Shown here one piece after another: positions 24,446 through 38,024 of a DNA stretch of 64,000 nucleotides. Position 1 is the stretch's first letter, and every line of letters starts with the position of its first letter. Both the position numbers and the translations under genes were made by a program. Origin of the DNA: Squalus acanthias (taxonomy: Eukaryota). Below the pieces are notes generated by a model. It worked only from the letters and a program-made list of their open reading frames with translations, made no database searches and was not told the origin of the DNA. The DNA lies in contig JASTWF010000343.1 in assembly GCA_030390025.1 (NCBI GenBank), positions 248,001-312,000 of the forward strand. Direction: 5' to 3'.

Positions 24446-24804
24446 TGATCCATTGTCACCACAACACTTTACTGCAACACAATCTAGCTCACCTTATTGT
24501 ACACAGTTCTAATTTATAAGTGAGCGAATATGCAATATTTCACCCGCCCATAAACGTTAGAACATAAGAATTAGGAGCAGGAGTAGGCCATACGGCCCTT
24601 CGAGCCCTTCATTGAATGAGATAATGGTTGATATTCGACCTGTAATCCACATTCCCCCCACACCCACCCCATCCTCAGATCATTTGATTCCTGAAGAGTC
24701 CAAAAAAACCGAAGGCAGACCAGCGAGAAGGGAGTTTCTCTTCCTGGATTGATCTAAAGCTGAGAACAAAAGGTGAGAAATTGACAGAAAAAGGAAGGAA
24801 TAAT

Positions 24805-25250
24805 GTGTTAGCTGTGACTCAGTGGGTAGCACACTCGCCTCTGACTCAGAAGGTCGTGGGTTCACAGTCCCACTCTAGGGAATTATAGCACATAAATCTA
24901 GGCTGACACTCCAGTGCAGTGCTGAGGGAGTGCTGCGTTGTCGGAGGTGCCGTCTTTCGGATGAGACGTTAAACAGAGGCCCTGTCTGTGCTGTCAGTGG
25001 ACGTAAAAGTTCCCATGGCCCTCTTTCGAAGAAGAGCAGGGCAGTTATTCCCGGTGTCACGGCCAATGTTTATCCCGCAATCAACATAACAGAAACAGAT
25101 TATCAGGCCATTATCATATTGCTTTCTGTGAGCACATTGGTTGCCGCGTTTCCCACATTACATTTCCAAAAGTACTTCACTGGTTGTAAAGCATTTTGAG
25201 ATGTCCGGTGGTCGTGAAAGGTGCTTTATAAATGCAAGTCTTTCTTTCTT
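24805..25250 (+). mobile_element. tRNA-headed Deu-domain SINE (SacSINE1-like)
   Basis: A/B-box-like head (GACTCAGTGGGTAGC..GGTTCACAGTCCC), central GGAGGTGCCGTCTTTCGGATGAGACGTTAAAC, and tail ATAAATGCAAGTCTTTCTTTCTT. Confidence 0.85.
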
Positions 25251-25254
25251 AAAA

Positions 25255-28100
25255 GATAGAATCATAGAATGGTTACAACGCAGATGGAGGCCATTCGGCC
25301 CGTCGAGCGCGTGCTGGCTCTCTGCAAGCGCAATTCAGCAAGTCCTACTCCCACGTCCTTTCACCTATAGTCCTGCAATTTTTTTCCTTCAAATACTTAT
25401 CCAATTCCCTTTTGAAAGCCACGATTGAATCTGCGTCCACCACTTTTTATGGCAATGCATTCCAGATCCTAACCACTCGCTGCGTAACAATGTTTTTTTC
25501 TTATGTGTCCTTTGGTTATTCTGCCAATCACCTAAAATCTGTGTCCCCTGATTCGTGACCTTTGCACCAATGGTAACAGTTTCTCTCTATCTACTCTGTT
25601 CTGACCCCTCATGATTTTGAACACCTCTATCACATCTCCTCTCAACCTTCTCTGCTCTAAGGATAACAATCCCAGCTTCTCCAGTCTATCCACGTAACTG
25701 AAGTCCCTAATCCCTGGAATCGTTCTTGTAAATACTTTCTGCACCCGCTCTAAGGCATTCAAATCCTTCCCTAAGTGCGGTGCCCAGAATTGGACACAAT
25801 ACTCCAGTTGAGGCCGAACCAGTGTTTAATACAGGATCATCAGAACTTCCTTGTTTCTGTACTCTATGCCTCTATTTATGAAGCCCAGGATCTCGTATGC
25901 TTTTTTAAACGCTTTCTCAATCTGCCCTGCAAACTTCAACGATTTGTGCACATATACCCACAGGTCTCTCTGTTCATGCACCCCTTTTAGAATTGTACCC
26001 TTTCGTATATATTATCTCTCCTCATTCTTCCTAACAAATTGTATCATTTCACACGTTTCTGCATTAAACTTCATCTTCCACGTGTCCGACCATTCCACCA
26101 GCATGTCTATGTCCTCTACAAGTCTATCACTATATGCCTCACTGTTCACTATACTGCCAAGTTTAGTGTCATCTGCAAATTTCGTATTTGTGCCCTGTAC
26201 TCCCAAGTACAATTCTTTAATATATCTCAAGAAAAGCAGTGGTCCAAGTCCCGACCCCTGGGTAACACCACTGCATACCTTCCTCCAGTCCGAAAAACAA
26301 CCGTTCACCACTACTCTCTAATTCCTGTCAAATAGCCAATTTCGCATCCATGTTGCCACGGTCCCTTTTATTCCATGGGCTTCAACTTTGCTGGCAAGCC
26401 TATTATGTGGCACTTTATCAAGGTATTTTGGAAATCCTTGTACACGACATCAACATCAACCGCATTGCGCTCATCAACCCTTTCTGTCACCTCATCAAAA
26501 AACTCGATCAAGTTAGTTAAACAGGATTTGACTTTGACAGGTGGCAGCTGTTGATGATTCTGCCATCCCCATTGGCAACATTTAACCACTCCTGCCTCCC
26601 ACCCTATCACAGACCGTCCCTTTTGTTCTTTCCTCCCCTCCCCCCTTTCCATGCCTCTGCACCTGCTTACAATCTGTTCCATCTCTAACTTTTTCCAGTC
26701 CTGACGAAGGATCAAGGACCTGATACGTTAACTCTGTTTCTCTCTCCACGGATGCTGCCTGACCTGCTGAGTGTTTCCAGCATTTTCTGTTTCTATCTTA
26801 GACCTTCTTGTATTCTCTCTTAGTCTGACCCCATCTAATACCGTTCTATTTCAAACTCTACTGCTATCTGTCTCTCCCAATACTTTGTGAACCTTGTTTC
26901 TCCTTTCTAAAGCCACATCCTGGTGCCCATCCCCCTTGCAGATGAGCTTCAACCCACCCCAACAGCACTCGGAAACCTCCCCGCACCCACGAGGATATTG
27001 CTCCCAGCTCTGTTGAGGTGCAACCCGTCCAGCCTCTACAGATCCCACCTCCCCCAGAACCGGTCGTAATGTCCCAGGAACCTGAAGCCCTCCCTCCTGC
27101 ACCATCTCTCCAGCCACACATTCACCTGATCTATCCTCCTATTTCTATATTCACTAGCTCGTGGCACTTGGAGTAATCCAGAGATTACTATCTTCGGGGT
27201 CCTGATTTTTAAACTCTTTCCTGGCTCCCTATAATCTGCCTGCAGTATCACATCCCTCTTTCTAGCTATGTTGATGATACCGATATGGACCACGACCTCT
27301 GGCTGTTGGACCCTCCCCCCTCAGAATGTCCTGCAGCCACTCAGTGACATCCTTGACCCTGGCACCAGGGAGGCAACATATCATCCTGGAGTCACGTCTG
27401 CGGCTGGAGAAATGTCTGTCTGCTCCCCTCACTATCGAATCTCCTATCACTATTGCTTTCCCGATCTTCCTCATCCCCCCACCTACAGCTGATCCACCCG
27501 TGGTGCGTGGACTTGGCTCTGGCTGGACTCCTCAGAGGGAAAAATACCGGTTAGAGAGTGAGATGCACTCAGGGGACGCTGCACTACTTACCTGATCCTC
27601 CTTGAATGTCTGACGGTCATCCATTCCCTCTCTGCCAGCACACTGTTAAGCTGCGGGTTGACCACCTCCTGAACCGTGCTATCCATGGGCCTCTCAGCCT
27701 CACGGATGCACCGCAGTGACGCCAGCTGCTGCTCAAGCTCCAAAACATATGGGAAGTGTCCTGGAGTTCCCACATGGCACAAGATGTGCATTCCACGGGA
27801 CTGATGTGCCCGGCCATGCCTCTATTTAATAGACTACTAATTAACTTAACAGAATTAAACTCAAGACTTCAGAAAAATCACAATGAACAAACCATTTTTT
27901 TCTTTGCAGGGCCTTCCCTTGTGCTGACGTCACTTACCTCATTCCTTGCGCTCCCTCCGGGCTCCGTGTTCTCTGAAATCCTTGATCTCCGGCCGCTCCT
28001 CTCGCTCTCTCCTCCTCCTCACTCTGCTACTAAATCCCACTCTTTCCAAATTCCCAACATTAGCACTCAGTTTAGACCACTGACAAAATTGATTTCCCCA
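25255..28100 (-). mobile_element. CR1 LINE, internally deleted (5' UTR + ORF1 ~27800-26900, RT/3' end 26540-25255)
   Basis: ORF1 esterase AIVIGDSIVRG (27262-27474), RT fragments KFADDTK and LEKLGL, CR1 3' tail near 25260. Confidence 0.88.
26560..26797 (+). mobile_element. Penelope-terminal/MER6-like fragment with degenerate hammerhead motif
   Basis: CTGACGA-AGGATC AAG GACCT-GATAC-GTTAAC at 26701-26732. Confidence 0.6.
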
Positions 28101-28227
28101 CACTAGTTTTCTGATTTATTCCATACCAGGCATTCAGGATTAAAAAAATAGTAAATACATGTTCCTAAACGGCAGGATCTGAGAGATGATTCCAGTGATG
28201 GAACGATGGGACACGCCTACATGACGA

Positions 28228-29277
28228 TGCTCCCACCTCAATCCAGGAATTTCATTCCCAGGGTCCCCTAGATTACACTGCTCCTACCTCAATCCAGGAA
28301 TTTTATTCCCAGGGCTGACTAGATTACACTGCTCCCGCCTCAATCCTGGAATTTCATTCCCAGGGCTGCTTAGTTTACACTGCTCCCTCCTCAGTCCAGG
28401 AATTTCATTCCCAGGGCCGCTTAGATTAATCTGCTCCCACCTCAGTCCAGGAATTTCATACCCAGGGCCGCCTAGATGAATCTGGTCCCACCTCAATCCA
28501 GGAATTTCATTCCCAGGGCCACCTGGATTACACTGCTCCCACCTCAATCCAGGAATTTCATTCCCAGGGCTGCCTAGATTACACTACTCCCGCCTCAGTC
28601 CAGGAATTTCATTCCCAGTGCCACATAAATGACAATGCTCCTGCCTCATTCCAGGAATTTCATTCCCAGGGAGTCTCGATTACACTGCTCCCACCTCAAT
28701 TCAGAAAATTCATTCCCAGGGCTGCTTATTTTACACTGCTACCCCTGAATCCAATAATTTAATTCCCAGGCTGCCTATTTTACACTACTCCCGCCTCAGT
28801 CCACGAATTTCATTCCCAGGGCCGCCTAGAACACACTTCTCCCGCCTCAGTCCAGGAATTTAATTTCCAGGGTTCCCTAGATTACACTGCTCCCCAATCA
28901 GTCCAGGAATTTAGTTCCTTGGGATGACCAGATTACACTGCTCCCGCCTCATTCCTGGAATGTAGTTCCTTGGGATGCCTGGATTACACTGCTCCCGCCT
29001 CAATCAAGAATGTCCTTCCCAGTGCTGCCATGTTTACACTACTCCCACCTCAATCCAGGAATTCAGTTCCCAGGGATGCCTTGGTTACACTGCTCCCACC
29101 TCAGTCCAGGAATTTAATTCCCAGGGATGCCTAGATTACACTGCGCCCAAGTCAGACCAGGAATTTCATTCCCAGGGCCGCCTACGTTACACTGCTCCCG
29201 CCACAGTCCAGGAATTTAATTCCCTGGGCCGCCTACATTACACTGCTCCTGCCTCAGTCCTGGAATTCAATTTCCAG
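28228..29277. repeat. 51-bp minisatellite, ~20 copies
   Basis: Unit GATTACACTGCTCCCRCCTCARTCCAGGAATTTCATTCCCAGGGCYGCCTA; 17-aa period in ORF 28284-28547. Confidence 0.95.
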
Positions 29278-29504
29278 TTAACGTCTCTGTTGACTGAAAC
29301 TAGAACAAGAACAAGAACATTTTTCTGAAGAGTGACCTTACCCTGACAAACATGACATGTTGTTTGACCGCAGGGAACAATAATTAAAATGAGCAAATGG
29401 CAATAACAAGGAATCAAAGGCAAACGTTTAAACTTTAAACCAATGAGATAAATAGCCTGTAGGCTCCTCAATACACCATGAAAAGCTCTGGAAACATTGA
29501 ATTC

Positions 29505-29955
29505 TCGCTTAGTCATACTCACAGAATCATAACTATCAGTCAATTTCCCGATTCCTCCATCACCATCCCAGGCTGTGTCCTGTTCCACTGGCAGCACAGG
29601 CCCACCAGAGGTGGGGGCACAGGGGTATACAGTCGCGTAGGCGAGGCCCTGCGAGTCCTCAACATTGCCCAAGAATAAAATGACGTCTCATGGCTTCCAG
29701 TCAGACATGGGCACGGTAACTTCCTGCTGTTTACCACCTACCGCTCTCCCTCAGCTGATGAATCAGTACATCTTCATACTGAACACCAGTTGATGGGAGC
29801 ACCGAGAGCAGAAAGGGTACAAATTATACTCTGGGTGTGGAGGAGAATATTTCAATGTCCATCACCAAGTGTGGCTCGGAAGTACCATCATTACCCGAGC
29901 CCTGAAGAACACAGCTGCCAGACAGGGATTGCGGCAGGTAGTGGGAGGACCAACA
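29505..29955 (+). mobile_element. Old non-LTR retrotransposon endonuclease fragment (continues at 34470-34720; probable later pieces at 36325-36600 and 37725-37850)
   Basis: Decayed APE motifs ILTES..PDSSITIPG..RPTRGGG..TTYR. Resumes after the CR1 with LLDLALT. Clade uncertain. Confidence 0.6.
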
Positions 29956-32900
29956 TGCAGATTGGAACAGAGTGGTAAACTGCGAGTTTGGTGAGTGAGG
30001 GAGTGAATTTTAAATGTTAATCTCTTATTTCTATAAATTCTAGTCTTGTGTGCTTGCAATTAGCATTTTAGTTTACAGTTTCATGTTTTAAGTTTCTTCC
30101 AGGCTTGGGCAGGGCTGAGCAAGCTCTGTGTTGCAGAGCAGCTGCGAGTAATTAATTAATTAAATTTTCTAATCTGGTTCTGTAACTGCCAGAGAGCTCA
30201 CTTATTTAAATCTCAGCAGTATAAATAAGGGAGGCTAGAGTGCAGATCGGAACAAAGTGTTAAGCTGCTAGTTTGGTGAGTGAGGTGTTCCTTTCTTTTT
30301 CCATATTTGTCACCTTCCAGGAGAGCAGGCGCTAAAAAGCTGCACAAGAGAGGACACAGAGCCAGTGGTGAGTATTTCTACAGTATTTCTACATTCCAGT
30401 CATTACAGTAAAAGTAAGGTCTCTAGTTTAGAGTAAGTCGTGTTCAAAGGGAAGTAAGGTCCCTAGTGCATTTAATATTCTTTAATTTAAAGGGAGTAAA
30501 TTAAGGGTAGGACATGGCAGGGCAGCTCGGCATCGTGGAGTGCTCCTCCTGGGCTATGTTCGACGTCAGGGACACTTTAGGTGTCCAGGGCGAACACATG
30601 TGCAGGAAGTGTCTCCAGCTGCAGCTACTCGAAATCCGCGTTCCGGAGCTGGAGCTGCGGCTGGAGTCACTGTGGAGCATCCGCGAAGCGGAGATCTTCG
30701 TGGACAGCACGTTTTACAGGGTGGTCACACCGCAGGTAAACAGTGCACAGGCAGACAGGGAATGGGTGACCGCCAAACAGAGTAAAAGAACTCGGAAGGT
30801 AATGCAGAAGTCCCCATGGTCCATCTCCCTCTCCGACAGATTTTACGTTTTCGATACTGATGGGGGAGATGGTTTCTCAGGGGAATGCAGCAAGAGCCAA
30901 GTCCGTGGCAATACGAGTTGCTCAGCTGCACAGTAGGGGAGGAAAAATAGTGGGAGAGAAATAGTGATAGGGGATTCTATCATAAGGGGAGCAGACCGAC
31001 GTTTCTGTGGCCGCAGACGTGACTTCAGGATGGTATGTTGCCTCCCTGGTGCCAGGTTCAAGGATGTCACTGAACGGCTGGAGGGCATTCTGAAGGGAGA
31101 GGGCGAACAGTCAGAGGTCGTGGTTCACATTGTTACCAACGACATGGGTAAAAAGAGTGATGTGGTCCTGCAACAATAATTTAGGGAGCTAGATAGCAGA
31201 TTAAAAAGCAGGACCTCAAAGGTTGTAATCTCTGCATTTCTCCTGGTGCAACGTGCTAGTGAGTATAGGAATAGAAGGATAGAGCAGATGAATGTGTGGC
31301 TAAAGAGTTGGTGCAGGAGGGAGGGCTTTAGTTTCCTGGATCATTGGGTCTGCTTCTGGGGTAGGTGAGACCTGTAAAAGTCGGACGGGTTGCAGCTGAA
31401 CCGGAACGGGACCAACATCCTTGCGGGGAGGTTTGTTAGTACTGTTGGGGGGGTTTGAACTAATTTGGCAGGGGGATGGGATACAGATGGAGATATAGTA
31501 GGGGGTGAAGAACAGCCAAATATAGAGGAAAAAACAAGTCAGCCTGGAAGGCAGAGCACATATGTAACGGCACAAGGGAGTATGGCAAGGCTGGATGGCA
31601 TTTATATTAATGCAAGAAGTCTTGCGTGTAAGGTAGATGAATTGAAGGTGTTGATGAAATCATAGGAGTAGGATATTGTTGCTATCACAGAGACATGGTT
31701 GTGGGAGGGGCAGGATTGGCAGCTCAATATTCCGTGGTATAGAATCTTCAGGCCAGACAGAGGGGGTTGCAAAAGAGGAGGGGGTGTCGCAATATTAATC
31801 AAGGAGTCAATTGCTGCTGCAAGGAGGGATGCTATCTTAGCAGATTGCTCGAATGAGGCCATATGGGTCGAACTTAAAAACAAAAAGTGGGCAAGCACTT
31901 TGCTGGGAGTGTATTATAGGGCTCCAAACAGTAAGGGGGAGATAGAGGAACAGATATGTAGGCAAATGTCAGAGAAGTGTAGAAATAATAGGGTAATATT
32001 AGTAGGGGATTTCAACTTCCCCAATATTAACTGGGATAGTCAGAGTGTGAAAGTGTTAGAGGGTGTGGAAAACTTAAAGTGCATCCAGGAAAGTTTTATG
32101 AGGCAGCATATAGAAAGTCCTACAAGAAAGGGGGCGGTACTGGACCTAATTCTAGGGAATGTAGCCGGGCAAGTGGTAGAAGTGTTAGTAGGAGAGCATT
32201 TTGTTGACAGTGACCATAATTCGGTAAGATTTAAGATAGTCATGGAAAAGGACAATGATGGACCGGAAATATAGGTTCTAAATTAGGGGAAGGCCGATTT
32301 TAATATGATAAGGCAGCGTCTGGCCAAAGTGGACTGGGATCAGCTACTTGTAGGAAAATCCACATCTGAGCAGTGGGAGTCTTTCAGAAAGGAAATAGAG
32401 AGAGTACAACGGCAACATGTTCCCGTAAAGGTCAAGGGTGGGACCAACAAGCTCACGGAGCCCTGGATGTCATTGGCATATTGGAGAATGGATTAGGAAA
32501 AGAAGGGAGCCTTTTGGCAGATACAAAGTATTACAAACAGTGGAAGCCCTAGAGCAGTATAGAAAGTGCAGGGGGGTACTTAAAAAAGAAATTAGGAGAG
32601 CAAAGAGCGGGCATGAAAAAACACTGGCAGGCAAAATAAAGGGAAATCCCAAGGTCTTTTATAAGTATATTAAGGGCAAGAGGATAACCAAAGAAAGAGT
32701 AGGGCCCATTAGGGACCAAAGTGGCAATCTATGTGTAGAGCCAGAAGATGTAGGTGAGGTTTTAAATGAATATTTTGCATCTGTGTTCACTATGGAGAAG
32801 GACGATGTCGCCATAGAAATCAGGCAGGGGGATTGTGACAGACTTGAACAAATTAGTACTGAGAGGGAGGAGGAACTAGCGGTTTTAACGGGCTTCAAAG

Positions 32901-34470
32901 TGGATAAATCCCCAGGCCCAGACGAGATGTATCTCAGGCCGCTGTGTGAGGCAAAGGAGGAGATTGCAGGGGCTCTGACACACATTTTCAGAACCTCTCT
33001 GGCCACAGGGGAGGTGCCAGAGGACTGGCGAACAGCTAACGTAGTACCATTATTCAAGAAGGTTAGTAGGGATAAACCAGGGAATTACAGGCCAGTCAGC
33101 CTAACATCAGTGGTTGGGAAATTCTTGGAAAACGTTCTGAGGGACAGAATTAGTCTCAACTTGGAGAGACAAGGATTAATCAAGGATAGTCAGCTTGGCT
33201 TTGTCAGGGGGAGATCATGTCTGACCAATTTGATTGAATTTTTCGAGGGGGTGACTAGGTGTGTGGATGAGGTTAGTGCAGTTGATGTGGTCTACATCGA
33301 CTTCAGTAAGGCTTTTGACAAAGTGCCGCATGAGAGACTGGTCAAGAAGGTAAGAGACCATGGATCCAGGGCAACTTGGCACATTGGATCCAAAATTGGC
33401 TTAGTGGCAGGAGGCACAGGGTGATGGTCGAAGGTTGTTTTTGTGACTGGAAGCCTGTGTCCAGTGCTGTACCGCAGGGATCGCTGCTGGGTCCTTTGCT
33501 GTTTTTTGTGTTAATTACTGATTTAAATATGAATGAAGGAGGTATGATCAGTAAGTTCGCAGATGACACGAAAATTGGTGGGGTGGTAAATAGCGAGGTG
33601 GGAAGCCTCAGGCAAAAGGACGATATAGATGGGTTGGTTAGATGGGCAGAACAGTGGCAAATGGAATTTAACCCAGAAAAGTGTGAGGCGATGCATTTTG
33701 GGAGAACTAACAAGGCCAGCGAATACACAATGAATGGTAGGACCCTAGGAAAGACACCGGATCACAGGGACCTTGGTGTGCATGGACATAGATCACTGAA
33801 GGCAGTAGGACAGCTAGATAAGGTGGTTAAAAGGCATATGGGATACTTGCCTTCATTAGACGAGGCATATAATATAAGAGCAGGGAAGTTATGATGGAGC
33901 TGTACAAAATGCTAGTTAGGCCACAGCTGGAATACGGTGTGCAGTTGTGGTCGCCACACTATAGGAAGGATGTGATTGCATTGGAGAGGATGAAGAGGAG
34001 ATTCACCAGGAATTTCCTGTCCTGGAGCGCTTCCGCTATGAAGGGAGACTGGACAGGCTGGGGTTGTTTTCCTTAGAGCAGAGAAGGCTGAGGGGAATCC
34101 TGATTGAGGTGTACAAAATTATGAGGGGCACAGATAGGTAGCTAGAAAGGAACTTTTCCACTTAATAGAGGGGTCAATAACCAGGGGGCATAGTTTCAAG
34201 GTAAGGTGCAGGAGGTTTAGAGGGGATTTGAGGAAACACATTTTCACCCAGAGGGTGGTTGGAATCTGAAACTCAATGTCTGAAAGGGTGGTAGAGGCAG
34301 GAAACCTCACAACATTCAAGCAGCATTTAGATGAGCACTTGAAACGCCATAGCATACAAGGCTACGGCCCAAGTGCTGGAAAATGGGATTAGAATAGACA
34401 GGGCTTGATTGCCGGCGCGGACACGATGGGCCGAAGGGCCTCTTTCTCTGCTGTATAACTCTATGACTGT
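29956..34470 (+). mobile_element. CR1 LINE, full length including 5' UTR, decayed
   Basis: 5' UTR 29956-30513. ORF1 from 30514 (zinc finger, coiled coil, IGDSIIRG esterase). ORF2 APE + RT ~31590-34350. Tail ATAACTCTATGACT. Confidence 0.95.
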
Positions 34471-34799
34471 ACCATGAGAGAATAGCCTGCTTGACCTCGC
34501 CCTCACCAAGCTACCTATCACATATACATCTGTTCATGATGATATTGGTTGGACTGACCAATGCAGAATATGTGTGGAGAATGAGTCTCGCCTTCAACCT
34601 GAGGCCACCCTCCATTATATCATGTGCCTCTACGATGGTGATCAAAGGAATGAAATTAGAGAGAGCCAAGCAATCCCACAACCAACATATCAAATTATTT
34701 CAAAATTGTCATATCCGGTCGTGAATGGTAAGGAACGATTGAGCCGTTTCCACATAGCACTGAAAATTTCTGCTTTTCACGTATATGGAAGTGACAGTT

Positions 34800-35995
34800 A
34801 AGAAAGAAAAAATTGCATTGATATGGCGCTTTTCACGATCCTGGGATGTCCCAAAGCGCTTTACAACCAATTAAGTACTTTGGAAGTGTAGTCACTGTTG
34901 TAATGTAGGAAATGTGGCAGCCAATTTGCTAACAGCGAGCTCCCACAAACAGCAATGTGATAGTGACCAGATAATCTGCTTTAGAGATGTTGATTGAGAT
35001 AAATATTGGCCACAACACCGGGGTTAACTCTGCCGCTCTTCTTCAATATACATCCATGTGAATTTTTAAATCCACATTAGAGAACAGACGGGGCCGCGCT
35101 TTAACGTCTCATCTGAAAGACGCTCCCTCCGACAGTGCAGCCCTCCCTGAGTACAGCCCCTCTGACAGTGCAGCGATCCCTCAGTACTGCCCCTCTGACA
35201 GTGCAGCGCGCCCTCAATACTGACCGCCTGACAGTGCAGCGCTCCCTCAGTACTGCCCCTCCGACACTGCAGCGCTCCCTCTGTACTGACCATCTGACAG
35301 TGCAGCGCTCCCTCAGTACTGCATCTCCGACAGTGCAGCGCTCCCTCAATACTGACCCTCTGACAGTGCAGCGCTCGCTCAGTACTGCCCCTCTGACAGT
35401 GCAGCGATCCCTCAGTACTGCCGCTCTGACAGTGCAGCGCTCCCTCGTACTTCCCCTCCGACACTGCTGCGCTCCCTCTGTACTGACCCTCTGACAGTGC
35501 AGCGATCCCTCAGGACTGACCCTCTGACAGTGCAGCGATCCCTCAGTACTGCCCCTCCGACAGTGCAGCGCGCCCTCTGTACTGACCATCTGACAGTGCA
35601 GCGCTCCCTCAGTACTGCATCTCCGACAGTGCAGCGCTCCCTCAATACTGACCCTCTGACAGTGCAGTGCTCCCTCAGTACTGCCCCTCCGACAGTGCAG
35701 TGCTCCCTCAGTACTGCCCATCCGACAGTGCAGCGCTCCCTCATTACTGACCCTCTGACAGTGCAGCGCTCCCTCAGTACTGCCCCTCCGGCACTGCAGC
35801 GCTCCCTCTGTACTGACCCTCTGACAGTGCAGCGATTCCTCAGTACTGCCCCTCTGACAGTGCAGCGATCCCTCAGTACTGCCCCTCTGACAGTGCAGCG
35901 ATCCCTCAGTACTGCACTGCAGTGGTAGCCTAGATTTTTGTACTCAAGTCGGTGGAGTGGGCCTTGAACCAACGGCCATCTGACTCAGAACCGAC
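34800..35995 (-). mobile_element. SacSINE1-like SINE with an internally amplified 33-bp unit
   Basis: Tail at 34800, Deu-like body to 35125, tandem array, then tRNA-like head at 35920-35995. Confidence 0.85.
35125..35915. repeat. 33-bp minisatellite, ~24 copies, SINE-derived
   Basis: Unit CTGACAGTGCAGCGCTCCCTCAGTACTGCCCCT; present once in the SINE copies at ~24915-24950 and ~43620-43655. Confidence 0.95.
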
Positions 35996-36817
35996 AGTGC
36001 GACGATCTGAGCTTACTGAATCTGTTTCCAGCAGACTTACCGAATTCATTCCAGGTCATAAAAACTCACTGCGTGAGCAAAGTTCTTCTCATCTGCTCCC
36101 GGTTTCTTTTACCAATTATCTTATATCTGTGTCCTTTTGCTAATGACAAGGCAAGTTCTGGAAACAGTTTCTCCTTTGTTACTGTATCAAAATCCCTTAT
36201 CTTTCTGAACACTTCTTTTCAATCTCCCCCCAACCTTCTCTGCTCTGAGGAGCACAATCCAAGCTTATCTCGTATCCCCACATAACTGAAATTCCTCATC
36301 CCTGGAGCCATTACGGTAAATTCTCACCACACAAGTGGCAGACAATGACCACCTCCAACAAAAGGGAGTCTAACCTCTTCCACCTGACAGTCAACTGCAT
36401 TTCCATCACCGAATCCTCTACCATCAAATTCCTAGGGTTTGCCAAAAATCAGAAACTCAACTGGACCAGCCACATAAATGCCGCGGCGACTACAGCAGGT
36501 CAGAGGCTGGGTGTTCAGCGGTTAGTAACTCACCTCCTGACTCTGCAAAGCTTCTCCAACACCTACAAGGCACAAGTCAAGAATGTTCTGGTTTACTGTC
36601 TGTAGACGGAGGGATGGCATGTGGGCAAGACCCTACTAATTCTATTCGTTGTATTAAACATTTTTCAATATTAAGGACACGTACACATATTACAACTAAA
36701 TGTCTGCAAAATAATCAGGTTCTAAGCTGTCATATTCAGGACAAGATTAGAATCTGTGAACGAACATTTGCAACACCGCCCGAGGGAAATTTCTAGGCTC
36801 TTTTGTTTGCAGCGTTT

Positions 36818-37060
36818 TGTCTCTTTAAACAGCCTGTGTGACTGGTCCTGTCTCTTTAAACAGCCTGTGTGACCAGTCCTGTCTCTTTAAACAGCCTGTG
36901 TGACTGGTCCTGTCTCTTTAAACAGCTTGTGTGACTGGTCCTGTCTCTTTAAAAAGCCTGTGTGACTGGTCCTGTCTCTTTAAAAAGCCTGTGTGACTGG
37001 TCCTGTCTCTTTAAAAAGCCTGTGTGACTGGTCCTGTCTCTTTACAAAGGCTGTGTGAAT
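36818..37060. repeat. 31-bp tandem repeat, ~8 copies
   Basis: TGTCTCTTTAAACAGCCTGTGTGACTGGTCC repeated. Confidence 0.95.
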
Positions 37061-38024
37061 GTTTCTGTGTCACTGGCTGTGGCTCGGCCCTCTTGTTTAG
37101 GTGTTCATTGCATGCTATACAATTAAGAAGAGCCAGAATGGAGTTTTTTTTAAGCAGGGGACGATGGATTTTGGATCCACAGGGGTGTTGATGGTGCAGG
37201 ATTACTGAGACTAGTTCTTTGACACTGAAGTGGCTTCACTGCGCTACGGATAAACCTTTGCTGGAAAAGTGGTGTTAAGAATTGAAGACCTAGGCCTAGA
37301 AATCCGTCATTGACTGCAGTGGAACTCCATATCAGGCCCTGCGTGTAACGGGCGCCCGATCCGATACCGCCCGTTTAACCCACCGCCCGAGAGACATTGC
37401 TCGGCCCTTGTCTGCGGTCATCAGCAGATATCAAATGTCACAGCGTGCTGACGAATTTGACTATGACTTTGCCGTTCAAAGATTCGGCTTGAACCCATTC
37501 AGAGCCATTTGTTATCATCCGAGACAGATCACTCCAGGGGTGGGGAGATATAAGAGTTGTATCTAAAATTCATTACAAGCATTTCTGTCTCATCCAACAC
37601 TCTGCTGTCCGTGTCCTAAGTCGCACCAAGCCCCGTTCACCCATCACCCCTGTGCTCGCTGACCTACATTAGCTCCCGGTCCGGCAATGTTTCGACTTTA
37701 AAATTCTCATCCTCGTGCAGTATCGTGGGAGCACCTTCACCACACGGACTGCAGCGGCTCAAGATGAAGGCCCACCATTTGCACATGTGTAACTAGGGAT
37801 GGGCAATTAATACCAGCCTTGAGAGTGTCACCCATATCTGTGAGAACAATAGATATAAATAATAAAATAGGAATCCAATCAATGATTTTTTAATTCACTG
37901 ATTGAAAGCAGGCGAGGCCTGTGATCAGAATCATGCTCCGCTACACAAATTGTCTCACAACTTGGCTCACCGATTCTATTATTCTATGATTGCTTTTGGC
38001 CATACTTTCCCAATGTCCCTATCA

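Noticed and set aside
24805..24880. tRNA-like sequence (also ~43690-43760 and ~35940-35995)
   Set aside because: These are SINE heads joined to SINE bodies, not standalone tRNA genes.
7552..33728. Recurring antisense ORFs over CR1 RT regions (e.g. 7552-7962, 14066-14449, 32659-33057)
   Set aside because: They are shadow frames of the conserved LINE coding strand, with no independent evidence.
35066..35972. Cys/His-periodic ORFs resembling zinc-finger repeats
   Set aside because: They are translations of the 33-bp SINE-derived array in several frames.
37290..37410. CpG-rich patch resembling a DNA transposon end
   Set aside because: No partner TIR was found and it is too short to classify.
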